Source: an uncultured virus (IMG/VR IMGVR_UViG_3300028603_000033)
Lineage: Duplodnaviria > Heunggongvirae > Uroviricota > Caudoviricetes
Reading direction: 5' to 3' (one strand)
DNA: 20,000 bases
Virus record (IMG/VR): IMGVR_UViG_3300028603_000033
Shown here: one piece after another, positions 1 to 8,841 of the stretch
Layout of the letters: each line of letters opens with the position of its first letter
Numbering within the stretch: the stretch's first letter is position 1
Notes under the pieces: generated by a model
Databases searched by the model: none
What the model was told of the DNA's origin: nothing
What the model saw: only the letters and a program-made list of their open reading frames with translations
Translations under genes and position numbers: made by a program

Positions 1-1
1 T

Positions 2-2050
2 ATTCTCTTCGTCCCATAAACGACATTCGCCAATTACCTTGTTACCTTGAACAAAGATGTGTCTTAATGGATCTGCAATGAACAAAGTTCCAGGTCTACG
101 AGTAAACTCAGCGAACTCACGGAACAATTCAAAGTAACCTTGATATTCGTTGGCAATAAAGCTATCTCTACCACCACGATCATTAGGACCATATTCAGGT
201 GTCTTCAACGCAACACCAATTCCGGGTGCATCGTTTGCATTTGGAGATACTCCAGGTTGACTGATATCTACATATTTTGGTGTACCAGGAAGATATGTTC
301 CTGCTACAACGGCATCATCTTCAAGAATACCTGGAAGATACATATCATCGTAATATCCACCATCCCAACCGCTATAAAGGTTGTAGAATTTTGAAGAACT
401 TCCACCAGTTGTGTTTTTGATTTCATTAGCAACAGCACAGTATGTACCAATTGTTCCTAGACCAGCTTCAACAATAATGTCTAGTGGAACATAGTCAATA
501 TTTTCTGCTAATCTTAATGCTCTTTCAATCTTAGCACCTAAGTTACCAATTTCTCTTGCTTTGTTTCTGGTATAGTTAGGAACATAAGCACCTAATGCGT
601 AACCATTCATGGCTTCGTCATTAACGCGTATTTCTTTGGTAGATTCATCACCATTAATATCTGTACCCTTAGACCAATCGGTTTTACTGACCAATGGATT
701 GATTAATAGTTGAATTGTGTTAGAGCTATCATTAACAATATCTTCTAAGAAGAATGTTTCTGCAACAGCACCACGAACAGGTACTTCTTTTCTATACATA
801 TCCATACTACCAATGAAGGATTCCTGAACAACCTGATCTAATACGATCTGTTGTACGCCTTGATTGTTGTATATTGATTTTCTTAATTTAAGAACACCCA
901 TTACTAATGTATCATTGTATTTAGGTGGAGTTAAATCATAAGTAGCAATAGATTCAATAAGTTCAGAAGTTGAACCTCTGCTTGCCTTATAGGTACCAGT
1001 TAACTCAAAGTTAAGACTTGATTCTCTAATTGGGAAGAAGTCACAAGAATCTAGATCATTAATCTTGGTTTTGAAACCAGTAATACAATCATAATCTGTA
1101 CCGTAACCAACCTTACTATTATCTGCTAATAGAATATATGTGCTTTCCATGTATTCATTGGTTGCAACACGATTCTTGTTTAAAACAATCATACCAGCTG
1201 CACTTAAACTTTGGAAGTCTGTAAACTGACTGCAATCAGATGCCAATGCACTAACTTCACCAGTCCACAAGAATGAACCTTGTGATAGTTGAGTATATTC
1301 ATGCTCATCAATAATCATCTGTTTAGGTTCACCTAATCTGTATGCTGAAACTGCTGAAACAGAAGTTGTATCACTTACAGGAATAATACGATCTGCACTC
1401 CACAATGTAAAGGTTCTTGTAATTTCATAACCTCCAGGAATTGTTGCAACCACTGGAGTGTTTGAAGTATAAACTACATTTGTCCAACCATCTGTTTCAC
1501 CAAGAATTGCTGATAGGAATGGGAACGAACAATTATTTGCTGAAACGCCTTCTCCACCAAATATTTGAATATCTGTATATGGATCACTCTTTGTAAAATA
1601 TGAAGACATTGCAACAGAAGTAAGAAACTCGCCTGTTAAGCTATCAGACCAAGTGTTATAAGTATTGTACTCATTCATTACAACACATACAGTTGATAAA
1701 GTTGCTGTATCTGCTGCCATAGGATATGCTAGAATGCTATATTCTGAACCATAACCTTCTCCATCGCTTTCGCCGTATGGAAGTCTTGTTGCTACTAAAT
1801 TACCATTCTTCAATAAAATCTGACGACATGAATGATAAAAATAACGCTCTGCTGCGTTTTTAGGTTTACCATAGATTGCTTCAAACTCATCTATTGATGT
1901 AATGTTTAGTAATTCATCGATTGGTCCTTGTCTTGCAAAGCCCATTGCCATAACGTTTGTGCCGACAGGTAATCCTGCGTATAGAGAAAGATCTATTTCG
2001 CGAATTTCGACGCCTGGGCTCTCAATTGTTCTATTAAATGCTAATGCCAT
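2..2050 (-). CDS. Contractile tail sheath protein (T4 gp18-like), 3' end runs off the window
   Basis: Not in the ORF track because it is open at the window edge. Manual translation from ATG at 2050 gives MALAFNRTIESPGVEIREIDLSLYAGLPVGTNVMAMGFARQGPIDELLNITSIDEFEAIYGKP (classic sheath N-terminus SPGVxxREID...GP...FxxIYG). Same frame near the edge reads ...RRPGTLFIADPLRHIFVQG. AAGGAG SD upstream. Confidence 0.93.
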   Translation of the reverse strand, partial: MALAFNRTIESPGVEIREIDLSLYAGLPVGTNVMAMGFARQGPIDELLNITSIDEFEAIYGKPKNAAERYFYHSCRQILLKNGNLVATRLPYGESDGEGYGSEYSILAYPMAADTATLSTVCVVMNEYNTYNTWSDSLTGEFLTSVAMSSYFTKSDPYTDIQIFGGEGVSANNCSFPFLSAILGETDGWTNVVYTSNTPVVATIPGGYEITRTFTLWSADRIIPVSDTTSVSAVSAYRLGEPKQMIIDEHEYTQLSQGSFLWTGEVSALASDCSQFTDFQSLSAAGMIVLNKNRVATNEYMESTYILLADNSKVGYGTDYDCITGFKTKINDLDSCDFFPIRESSLNFELTGTYKASRGSTSELIESIATYDLTPPKYNDTLVMGVLKLRKSIYNNQGVQQIVLDQVVQESFIGSMDMYRKEVPVRGAVAETFFLEDIVNDSSNTIQLLINPLVSKTDWSKGTDINGDESTKEIRVNDEAMNGYALGAYVPNYTRNKAREIGNLGAKIERALRLAENIDYVPLDIIVEAGLGTIGTYCAVANEIKNTTGGSSSKFYNLYSGWDGGYYDDMYLPGILEDDAVVAGTYLPGTPKYVDISQPGVSPNANDAPGIGVALKTPEYGPNDRGGRDSFIANEYQGYFELFREFAEFTRRPGTLFIADPLRHIFVQGNKVIGECRLWDEEN

Positions 2051-2074
2051 ATTAATACTCCTTTAAATATACAA

Positions 2075-2084
2075 TTATTTACCC
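2075..2084 (-). promoter_or_regulatory. Late-promoter-like motif GGGTAAATAA upstream of tail sheath
   Basis: Reverse complement reads AAGGGTAAATAATTGT-ATATTTAAAGGAG-TATTAAT-ATG; TAAATA core as in the T4 late promoter TATAAATA; recurs before many genes. Confidence 0.75.
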
Positions 2085-2121
2085 TTATTAGAAGACTATT
2101 TGTCTTTTTACCAAAAAATAT

Positions 2122-2742
2122 TTAAACCTCTTTGTCTAATAGGGTAACATTAAACTTATTAAATGTCATTGTGCATGTACAATCTATTTCGTCAGGGTCT
2201 CTTAAATTATATCCAATTTTACTAAGAGTAGTGATAAGACAATCATAATAATCAAATCTTATTTTAGCATTATTATATTCGTCCATGCCTAAAACATGAA
2301 GGTTTGTGGTAAAATTATATTTGCCATGTGGAAGATCGTTTTCGTGTTTGTCAGGTTCCCCTGAAACTTTAGGTCCAGCATAAAAACTATCCATAGGATC
2401 ATTTAAAACACTTAACCATTTCCAAAATAACCAATAATTATTGAATTCATTGTCCACAGCAAAATTAATAACTAATGGTTCATAAGCAGGTCTTGAATAG
2501 GACGAAGTGTGATATACATGACCAGAATAAGGAACTTCTATAGGATTAGATTTAATATCAGGAACAGGACAATTATATAAGGAAAACTGAACTGCATCTA
2601 AATCTGCAAATCTATCAGTTCTTATATTCCTACTTATTATGTTCTTCATTACATCAGGAACCGTAAAAATCATAATAAATTTATCTTTACGACCTTTGTT
2701 TAGTACTGCTTGTTCAACTTGTATTCCGGGTTGTGGATTCAT
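2122..2742 (-). CDS. Tail completion / tail-tube-fold protein (T4 gp3/gp19-like)
   Basis: 206 aa; pattern VQFSLYNCPVPDI...VPY...YEPLVINFAVDNEFNNYWLFWKWL and C-terminal RFDYYDC.ITTLS.I.Y...CTCTMTFNKF resemble the tail tube/gp3 fold; next to sheath. Confidence 0.7.
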   Translation of the reverse strand: MNPQPGIQVEQAVLNKGRKDKFIMIFTVPDVMKNIISRNIRTDRFADLDAVQFSLYNCPVPDIKSNPIEVPYSGHVYHTSSYSRPAYEPLVINFAVDNEFNNYWLFWKWLSVLNDPMDSFYAGPKVSGEPDKHENDLPHGKYNFTTNLHVLGMDEYNNAKIRFDYYDCLITTLSKIGYNLRDPDEIDCTCTMTFNKFNVTLLDKEV

Positions 2743-2747
2743 ATCTA

Positions 2748-2758
2748 TTATTTACTCC
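2748..2758 (-). promoter_or_regulatory. Late-promoter-like motif GGAGTAAATAA, 6 nt before ATG
   Basis: GGAGTAAATA-ATAGAT-ATG(2742); overlaps the terminase TAG stop. Confidence 0.65.
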
Positions 2759-4488
2759 TAAGAGTTAAAGAAATCTCCGCCCCAAGGTTGATCTTGCCAG
2801 ACTTCCCAACCTTGTGCTTGTAAATCTTCAACTTCGCCACCATTCTTATAATTAAAGTGCATAGGAAGCGGTGCACCTGTATCATTATAATAAGGGTCGA
2901 GTGCAAAATCACCTGTTGGAAAATCATCTAAAGACTTGATCTTCAATGGTTTACCTCTTGTATCATATTCAACAATTTCAAAATATTGAGTAACTATATC
3001 TTCACTTAATATAAAGAGTGCCCACAACATAGCATGAACTCTATCATCATAAACATAATTACCAGGTTTCTTTTTCCAAGTTCCATTGGCATATCTTATA
3101 AAGGTTTCCATTTCATGAATAGTGGCTATATCATATATATTAACAACTCTCATACTATTAATCCAATATCTCATATTAGTTACAGCTTTGTTCTTTGAGT
3201 TTGTGTGAGAATATATTCCTAATCTACCTGTTGATTTTGTTGAGGTAGGATTGTATTCAACTATATTGTCGTATTTATGAACTTCTTTTAGTGCATCAAC
3301 TACTTGTCCACCAGGACCATTACGTTCAATCATTAATGGGGGATTTCCCCATTGATTAGCCATTTTTGAGATATATTCAGCAAAATGATATGGATCCATC
3401 ATAGAATCATGAAATACAGCAACTTGTTGAATATTAGCTAAATTAGTAATATCAAAGACCATTGCAGCACTAGCACATCCACCAACACCTTCAGCAACAT
3501 CTACCCCAATTACATATATGTGTTTAGGATTGGGGTCTGCCCAAACTTTATAATGATCATCATCATACATATATAATGGGTCTTTACTCATATTGCGTAA
3601 TGCTTGAATAACTTCTACATCTGTTGAAGATTCACCAGTTTCAACAAATTGATTTCCGAATTCCTGTTCAAAGTTTTGTCCCTTCTTAGCAAGAATTTCC
3701 ATCATGGTATTTTTCCATACCTCTTTACTTGGTTTACGAGGAATTTCCCACCAATCAATCTTAATATGTTTCCATGTTTTTAAATCACCAGCTTCAGCGT
3801 CTCTATATAATTCATAAAATAGATTACTAGTACCGTTTGGGGTACTTACAGCAAATATCTTTGTTGTGTGTCCAGATGAAATAATAGGAATGACGGAGTT
3901 CCAGAAATCAGACATAATATGATCTGGAATGAATGCCATTTCGTCAATAATTAATACATTAATAGACATACCACGTGCTGCAGTACTTGATGTTGCACTA
4001 ATGGTAATACTACTTCCATTACTAAAATATACTTCTGTCTGACCCCATGTTTCTACACCAGGCTTCAACCAGTTAGGTAACATTTCATAAGCAAACTTAA
4101 CACGTCTAAGTAATTCTTTGGCTGTATCTTCACGGTTAGCAACAATTAAAACTTTCTTATCTGCCTGGAAACAAGTGTTCCATAATGCAAATATAGTCAT
4201 AGTAGTAGATTTACCTGATTGTCTACTAGCTAATGTTATAACGAATCTATTTTTCTCAAGTGCCTTTAATAGTCGTTTTTGGGGTTTATACAATTCTAAT
4301 TTTTGTTTACCTTCTTCAACTGTAACCGCCCAAAAGTAGTTTTCTGCAAAATGTAATACATTATTTGTACACAGTTTGATTTCTTTGACCATCTCAGGTG
4401 TCCACTCAAATTGAACATTTGCAGATGGTAAAAATCTATTACCTCTATAAAAGGCTTCCGCTGTTCCTATACCTATTTCTTTACTCAT
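2758..4488 (-). CDS. terL: Terminase large subunit (T4 gp17-like)
   Basis: 576 aa; adenine-binding LYKPQ, Walker A ASRQSGKST, Walker B LIIDE, coupling motif VSTPNG, FEQEFGNQF, RNase H-fold nuclease IGVDVAEG and YDDRVHA. Confidence 0.97.
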   Translation of the reverse strand: MSKEIGIGTAEAFYRGNRFLPSANVQFEWTPEMVKEIKLCTNNVLHFAENYFWAVTVEEGKQKLELYKPQKRLLKALEKNRFVITLASRQSGKSTTMTIFALWNTCFQADKKVLIVANREDTAKELLRRVKFAYEMLPNWLKPGVETWGQTEVYFSNGSSITISATSSTAARGMSINVLIIDEMAFIPDHIMSDFWNSVIPIISSGHTTKIFAVSTPNGTSNLFYELYRDAEAGDLKTWKHIKIDWWEIPRKPSKEVWKNTMMEILAKKGQNFEQEFGNQFVETGESSTDVEVIQALRNMSKDPLYMYDDDHYKVWADPNPKHIYVIGVDVAEGVGGCASAAMVFDITNLANIQQVAVFHDSMMDPYHFAEYISKMANQWGNPPLMIERNGPGGQVVDALKEVHKYDNIVEYNPTSTKSTGRLGIYSHTNSKNKAVTNMRYWINSMRVVNIYDIATIHEMETFIRYANGTWKKKPGNYVYDDRVHAMLWALFILSEDIVTQYFEIVEYDTRGKPLKIKSLDDFPTGDFALDPYYNDTGAPLPMHFNYKNGGEVEDLQAQGWEVWQDQPWGGDFFNS

Positions 4489-4492
4489 ATAG

Positions 4493-4555
4493 TTATTTAC
4501 CCCGCAATATATATTTTCATTTTTTACTTATTTTTATCATACAAAGGGTAAATAA
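4493..4555. promoter_or_regulatory. Back-to-back divergent late-promoter-like motifs
   Basis: Minus strand GGGGTAAATA-ACTAT-ATG (4493-4503, terL); plus strand GGGTAAATAATTGT-AACATGGAGAACAT-ATG (4546-4555, ORF 4574). Confidence 0.72.
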
Positions 4556-4573
4556 TTGTAACATGGAGAACAT

Positions 4574-5377
4574 ATGAATAATAATGATGTCAAAAATTTA
4601 GCCTCTTTATTCACTGAACAAGTTAATAAAAAGATGGATATGGAAGAAAAACAAACAGCAACCCTTTCTAAGGCTGCTGGCGAAGGTCCCGATGCAGTCA
4701 AAGATCTTGAAACCCCAGTTGAATATGAAGCTGGTAAGAAAAAAGAAGTAGATGCTAAGAAACCTATTGCAATGAAAATGAAAAACGATGTTAAAACAGA
4801 AGGAGTAAGTAATATGATAAAAAGTTCATTCGATCAATTGTTTAGTAATACAATTAACGAACAAGATGAAATGTTTGATGACACTGAGGGATTTGGAGAT
4901 GAGGATTCTTTAGAAACCGGTGAGGATATTGATTCTGAAATCAGTGATGAAGATGTTGGCGAAGAAGTTGACGTTGCAACTCGTTTAGAGATGATCTTAG
5001 ACGATTTAACAAGCGTTATTTCGGCCATCCGCGGTGAATCAGAAGAGGGCGAAGACGATTTCGGTGACGAAGAAGTTGAAGACGACTTCGGCGGTGAAGA
5101 CGACTTCGGTGGCGAAGAGGAACGTGGATTCGGTGAAGCAGTTTCCCAACCAGAACCTAAGTCATTCAGTGATGCTGGTGGTAAAAAGATGATGGGCAAG
5201 GGTAACATCAAGGTTAAGGGTACTGTTGGTAAAACAGCAGCAGCCAAGGGCGCATTGGGAACATTCAAAAACAAACCAGAACCTAAGAGTTTTCCTGATA
5301 CCGGTAAGAAAATGGTGAGCAAGTCTAATATTAAGGTAAAATCTAGTCTTAAACCTGGTCAACCAAGCGTATCGTAA
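4574..5377 (+). CDS. Acidic prohead core/scaffold-like or internal head protein
   Basis: 267 aa, very D/E-rich centre and K/G-rich C-terminus; GGAG SD, late motif and terminator; (L/I/F)-x-E motifs (LFTE, TINE) like T4 gp21 prohead protease sites. Confidence 0.55.
   Translation: MNNNDVKNLASLFTEQVNKKMDMEEKQTATLSKAAGEGPDAVKDLETPVEYEAGKKKEVDAKKPIAMKMKNDVKTEGVSNMIKSSFDQLFSNTINEQDEMFDDTEGFGDEDSLETGEDIDSEISDEDVGEEVDVATRLEMILDDLTSVISAIRGESEEGEDDFGDEEVEDDFGGEDDFGGEEERGFGEAVSQPEPKSFSDAGGKKMMGKGNIKVKGTVGKTAAAKGALGTFKNKPEPKSFPDTGKKMVSKSNIKVKSSLKPGQPSVS
5051..5116 (+). repeat. Three tandem coding repeats GAAGACGAYTTCGGY (EDDFG[D/G]E)
   Basis: Copies start at 5051, 5078 and 5096 inside ORF 4574-5377. 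Confidence 0.85.
5149..5341 (+). repeat. Duplicated ~23-aa unit PEPKSFxDxG(G)KKMxxKxNIKVK
   Basis: ACCAGAACCTAAG at 5149 and 5275; peptides PEPKSFSDAGGKKMMGKGNIKVK and PEPKSFPDTGKKMVSKSNIKVK. Confidence 0.85.
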
Positions 5378-5405
5378 TCTAAACCATTACATATGATAAT
5401 AATTT

Positions 5406-5433
5406 GGTGCAATCTTCGGATTGCACCTTTTTT
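5406..5433 (+). terminator. Rho-independent terminator with C(UUCG)G tetraloop
   Basis: GGTGCAATC-TTCG-GATTGCACC-TTTTTT: perfect 9-bp stem plus U tract, after the ORF 4574 stop. Confidence 0.93.
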
Positions 5434-5444
5434 ATTCTCTTATT

Positions 5445-5455
5445 GGAGTAAATAA
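5445..5455 (+). promoter_or_regulatory. Late-promoter-like motif GGAGTAAATAA, 6 nt before ATG
   Basis: GGAGTAAATA-ATATAT-ATG(5461), directly after the terminator, so it probably restarts transcription. Confidence 0.7.
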
Positions 5456-5460
5456 TATAT

Positions 5461-6372
5461 ATGAAACATTTTATTCCATTTAGACATTACTACTTAAATG
5501 AGTCAGCTATTGATATTCCTCGTAATTCTTTAGATCCAACTGTATTCTCATTTCCAGATGGGTCACCACCCATATTACAATCAATTATCAAAAAACAAAT
5601 CCAAAGGGATGTTGAAAGAATTAATAGTATATATCCTGTTAAACGATTTTATATTATAGGAAGTATAGTGACACATAGATACAACATAAGTTCGGATATA
5701 GATGTAAATGTTGAAATTGAATCACGTGGTGAAAAGGATGAAATAAGTCTAGAAGCTATATTAAGAGTTGTAAAGTCTTTAAATGGTAAATTAGCTGTTG
5801 GTACTACACATCCTATTAATTATTATCTTTTACAGCATGAATATGATTTAGATAAAGTTGATGCTGCTTATGATGTCATGAACGAAAAATGGCTTAAAAT
5901 TGAAAAACAGGATAATGATTTAGAATTAACACAGTATGTTGATAAGTTCCAAGAGGCTATTTCACATGTAGATATATTAACAGGAGAATTAAGAAGAGAC
6001 CTTATAGATTTGAACATATATAAGGCAATGCCGGAACACAAAATTCAAAAATTACAACAATTGGTTCAAAAGAAGTTAGATGAAGTAGAGGATGATATAA
6101 TAAAACTAAGTAATACCAATTTAGCAATATCCAATTTAAGAAAATTGGCTTTCGATAGAGAGCTTACAAAAAACGAATTATCACATTATGCTAATCAAAA
6201 TTGGCTACCAGAAAATGTGATATATAAATTATATGGTAAATACTATTATAGTAAATTCATCAAAAAGCTAAAAGATTTTTTAGATAAGAAGGAAGAATTA
6301 GATGTTAACGATGTACCATACTTACAAAAATTAGGGAGTCAATTATGGCAACAGCAAGAACAACCACAATAA
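5461..6372 (+). CDS. Pol-beta superfamily nucleotidyltransferase with helical C-terminal domain
   Basis: hhGS-x9-DxD catalytic motif (YIIGSIVTHRYNISSDIDVNV), then HPINYY, AAYDVMNEKW and a coiled-coil C-terminus ending ENVIYKL. Confidence 0.75.
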   Translation: MKHFIPFRHYYLNESAIDIPRNSLDPTVFSFPDGSPPILQSIIKKQIQRDVERINSIYPVKRFYIIGSIVTHRYNISSDIDVNVEIESRGEKDEISLEAILRVVKSLNGKLAVGTTHPINYYLLQHEYDLDKVDAAYDVMNEKWLKIEKQDNDLELTQYVDKFQEAISHVDILTGELRRDLIDLNIYKAMPEHKIQKLQQLVQKKLDEVEDDIIKLSNTNLAISNLRKLAFDRELTKNELSHYANQNWLPENVIYKLYGKYYYSKFIKKLKDFLDKKEELDVNDVPYLQKLGSQLWQQQEQPQ

Positions 6373-6782
6373 ATTTTAATTCATTAGTAAAACAATGTCT
6401 TACCGAAAGAGTCAGAGATATTAAGGTTAGAGTTAAAAATAAAGACCTCGCCAAAGATCCAAGATTTAGATCAGCAAGAAGTCCTAATCGTAAACATCAG
6501 AATCTAATGCCTAATTATAAAAAGTTTGTTACTCCTATACATAGTAGTATTGACAATATGTTAGATGGTGTCAAAAAAGCCAATAGAGGTATATGGCGTA
6601 TAACTAATGCCCAAGTATTAGATGTTGCTAAAAAGTATAAATTCTTTATTCCAAATAAAAACTATCCTACTAAGCATTTGGGTAGTACAGGTATTGTATT
6701 ATGGCGCAAAGGTCCTGATAAATATTTTTTAGTCAAACAAAAGAAACAACGTTACAACAGAGGAGCCTCTGGAGGATTCTAA
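6345..6782 (+). CDS. Hypothetical basic protein (possible internal head protein)
   Basis: 145 aa K/R-rich ORF, GGGAG SD, overlaps the upstream gene; N-terminal FNSLVKQCLTE motif. Confidence 0.6.
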   Translation: MATARTTTINFNSLVKQCLTERVRDIKVRVKNKDLAKDPRFRSARSPNRKHQNLMPNYKKFVTPIHSSIDNMLDGVKKANRGIWRITNAQVLDVAKKYKFFIPNKNYPTKHLGSTGIVLWRKGPDKYFLVKQKKQRYNRGASGGF

Positions 6783-6783
6783 A

Positions 6784-7692
6784 ATGGGTAAATGCATTAA
6801 TGTTAGCGGAACAGTAAACACCGCTCCAGGCGAAAATAGTTTTAGATTCACTAGTAGAGACAATACTACCGGTATGCGTAGTATGATGCATATGTGGTGG
6901 AACGAAATGGCTAGTTTATATGGGATGGGTGTAGATTATTATGTTCATGGTTATACATTATCCAGTCACGACTTTTTATATGGTGAAGAACCTACTGCTG
7001 CTTTTAATGGTCCAGTACCAATGGTCATATTAGGTATAATGGAAAGTGATAGTATGTTACTATCGAAGTTTGGTATTCAAACAAATTCTGATTTCACAGC
7101 GATTATTCCACGTTCAATTTATGCTGATAAATATGGTCCAACTGCAGAGCCTAAATCCGGTGACATTATAAGACTATCTGAATGGGGTTGTGATAGACCA
7201 GGCGCTTGTGGTGATGCTTATAGTGCAGAAGCATCAGCATATCCTTTAACTCAAGATCAAGTTTGTGAAAATGTATTCAGTACAGTCAGTGCAACTAGTT
7301 CAACTGTTATTACTAGTCCATCAGGATATACTTGTGGTGGAGAATTTTGTCAAACATTAAACTTTGGTGAAATTAGAAGATGTCCATATTTATTTGAAGT
7401 AACTCAAAGAAGAGACGATAATGTAACACAAGGATATAACGTATTCATGGGTCATTATGTTTGGATATTATATTGCAAACGTTTCGATTACAGTTACGAA
7501 CCAGGTATTGGTCCTGAATGTGGAAATCAAACAGTATCCGATGAAATGAAAGATATTGGATTACAACCTGGTGGAACACAAGATCCATCACCTGAAAAGA
7601 AATACGACCAGAATGTCGAAGACGACTCTGATCGTGTATGGGACTATGATAGGGCTCCTGGTAATAATACCGACCTTTATGGTAACTATTAA
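6784..7692 (+). CDS. Neck / head-closure protein (T4 gp14-like)
   Basis: LYGMGVDYY...FLYGEEP...F...LLSKFGIQTNSDFTAII...PKSGDIIRL...LFEVT...YVWILYCKRFDYSYE pattern of gp14-like proteins; GGAGG SD. Confidence 0.75.
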   Translation: MGKCINVSGTVNTAPGENSFRFTSRDNTTGMRSMMHMWWNEMASLYGMGVDYYVHGYTLSSHDFLYGEEPTAAFNGPVPMVILGIMESDSMLLSKFGIQTNSDFTAIIPRSIYADKYGPTAEPKSGDIIRLSEWGCDRPGACGDAYSAEASAYPLTQDQVCENVFSTVSATSSTVITSPSGYTCGGEFCQTLNFGEIRRCPYLFEVTQRRDDNVTQGYNVFMGHYVWILYCKRFDYSYEPGIGPECGNQTVSDEMKDIGLQPGGTQDPSPEKKYDQNVEDDSDRVWDYDRAPGNNTDLYGNY

Positions 7693-8093
7693 CGCTTACG
7701 GTGACTTCTAATTTGATTAGAAGATAATGGAGTTCTTTCACGAAGACGTTGTTGCAAATTTGAACTTACGGGTTCTTTATCAACAATATTTCCTTTAGGT
7801 GATACCACTACTGAATCTATTGCATTTTCAGCTTCTCTTATAGAACTGAACACAACATCAATACTTTTCTTGCCACGTCCTTTAATAACTTGTACAAAGG
7901 AATAAATTACACTTGTAATAACACCATCTTCTTTAATGGGTCTAATGAATGATACTTCATAAGGAGTATTTAATTCTAATCCCTCAATAGGGCTTTTTAT
8001 AAATGCCTTAGGACCATTATTATTGAATATGGTATTTCTAGTTCCGCCCATAGTACCGTTAATTGTGAATTTAAAACCTGGAATATATTTCAT
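7689..8093 (-). CDS. Hypothetical protein
   Basis: 134 aa, GAGG SD, abuts the upstream gene, stop overlaps the convergent neck gene stop (TTAA); CTAAATA upstream at 8108-8114. Confidence 0.7.
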   Translation of the reverse strand: MKYIPGFKFTINGTMGGTRNTIFNNNGPKAFIKSPIEGLELNTPYEVSFIRPIKEDGVITSVIYSFVQVIKGRGKKSIDVVFSSIREAENAIDSVVVSPKGNIVDKEPVSSNLQQRLRERTPLSSNQIRSHRKR

Positions 8094-8402
8094 TTATACC
8101 TCTATACTATTTAGTTCAGATACCAACTTAGGCAATATATCAAGTTCTTGATTATATTTTATTACAGCTTCTTGTTCTCTTTGACGTTCTATATTACGAC
8201 AATATATGTCACAAGTTGATTCTATATATTTTTCAATAGCTTTAGGTTTAATGTCTACTGCATTAAAATCCTTTTTTCTTTCTTGGCATGTTTCATTTAT
8301 TAATTCAACAGCGTCCATCATTGCCTGCCATCTAGCAATTTCAAAATTACTCATGGAATCTAGCATTTGTCCAGCTTTTTCATACCCTATTGTTTTTGTC
8401 AT
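8094..8402 (-). CDS. Hypothetical protein
   Basis: 102 aa helical ORF, AAGGA SD, tightly packed operon. Confidence 0.7.
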   Translation of the reverse strand: MTKTIGYEKAGQMLDSMSNFEIARWQAMMDAVELINETCQERKKDFNAVDIKPKAIEKYIESTCDIYCRNIERQREQEAVIKYNQELDILPKLVSELNSIEV

Positions 8403-8403
8403 A

Positions 8404-8841
8404 TTATTCCTTTAATTTTATGTCGTGCGTGCCTAAAAATGGGATACCTCTAATCGTTATTGATACTACTTTATTATCAAGGATATTAATTGAGAAATCA
8501 ACAATATTATGAGAAGCTAATAATTGCTTTACATCATAATAAAATATATCTCTGCATTCTTTATGTTGAATTCCGTTATGGTGAAGAGTAAATGCACCAA
8601 TTGTTAAATCTTGAACTAGTTTTTTATAAGGTTCAGTATGTTCTATATCCCGGGTTGGAGCTGATCGCGGCATAAACTTTTTAGTAACCCATCGTTTTGC
8701 CGCTTTGAACTTACAATCTTGACAAACATAGTTTGCCTTTAGTAAGTCCCTATTACCACCGTATTCGTTTAGAATCTTTTTATAACGTTGTGGTTTAGTT
8801 AGTTTTTTCTTCCCGCATTTACTACAGATGAAGTATTTCAT
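8404..8841 (-). CDS. Hypothetical Zn-finger protein
   Basis: CSKC...CQDC pair in a basic N-terminal domain; ATGA overlap with the upstream gene. Confidence 0.65.
   Translation of the reverse strand: MKYFICSKCGKKKLTKPQRYKKILNEYGGNRDLLKANYVCQDCKFKAAKRWVTKKFMPRSAPTRDIEHTEPYKKLVQDLTIGAFTLHHNGIQHKECRDIFYYDVKQLLASHNIVDFSINILDNKVVSITIRGIPFLGTHDIKLKE

Noticed and set aside
140..394. Plus-strand ORF of 84 aa
   Set aside because: Antisense shadow of the tail sheath gene.
2758..4488. Intein or intron in terminase
   Set aside because: Length and motif spacing fit an uninterrupted gp17; no splice-junction motifs or nuclease insert.
5051..5116. CRISPR-like or DGR-like repeats
   Set aside because: Repeats are 15 nt, in frame, vary at synonymous sites and have no unique spacers. 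No array or reverse transcriptase is visible in the window.
4118..5362. ORFs 4118-4339(+), 4834-5322(-), 5162-5362(-)
   Set aside because: Antisense shadows of terL and the acidic protein; the Ser-rich translation mirrors GAA/GAT codons.
5461..6372. Calling the NTase a CCA-adding enzyme or a CBASS cyclase
   Set aside because: Lacks the class II CCA signature (GGxVRD...RRD) and has no adjacent effector gene; only superfamily-level motifs are supportable, even though tRNA-Gln lacks an encoded CCA.
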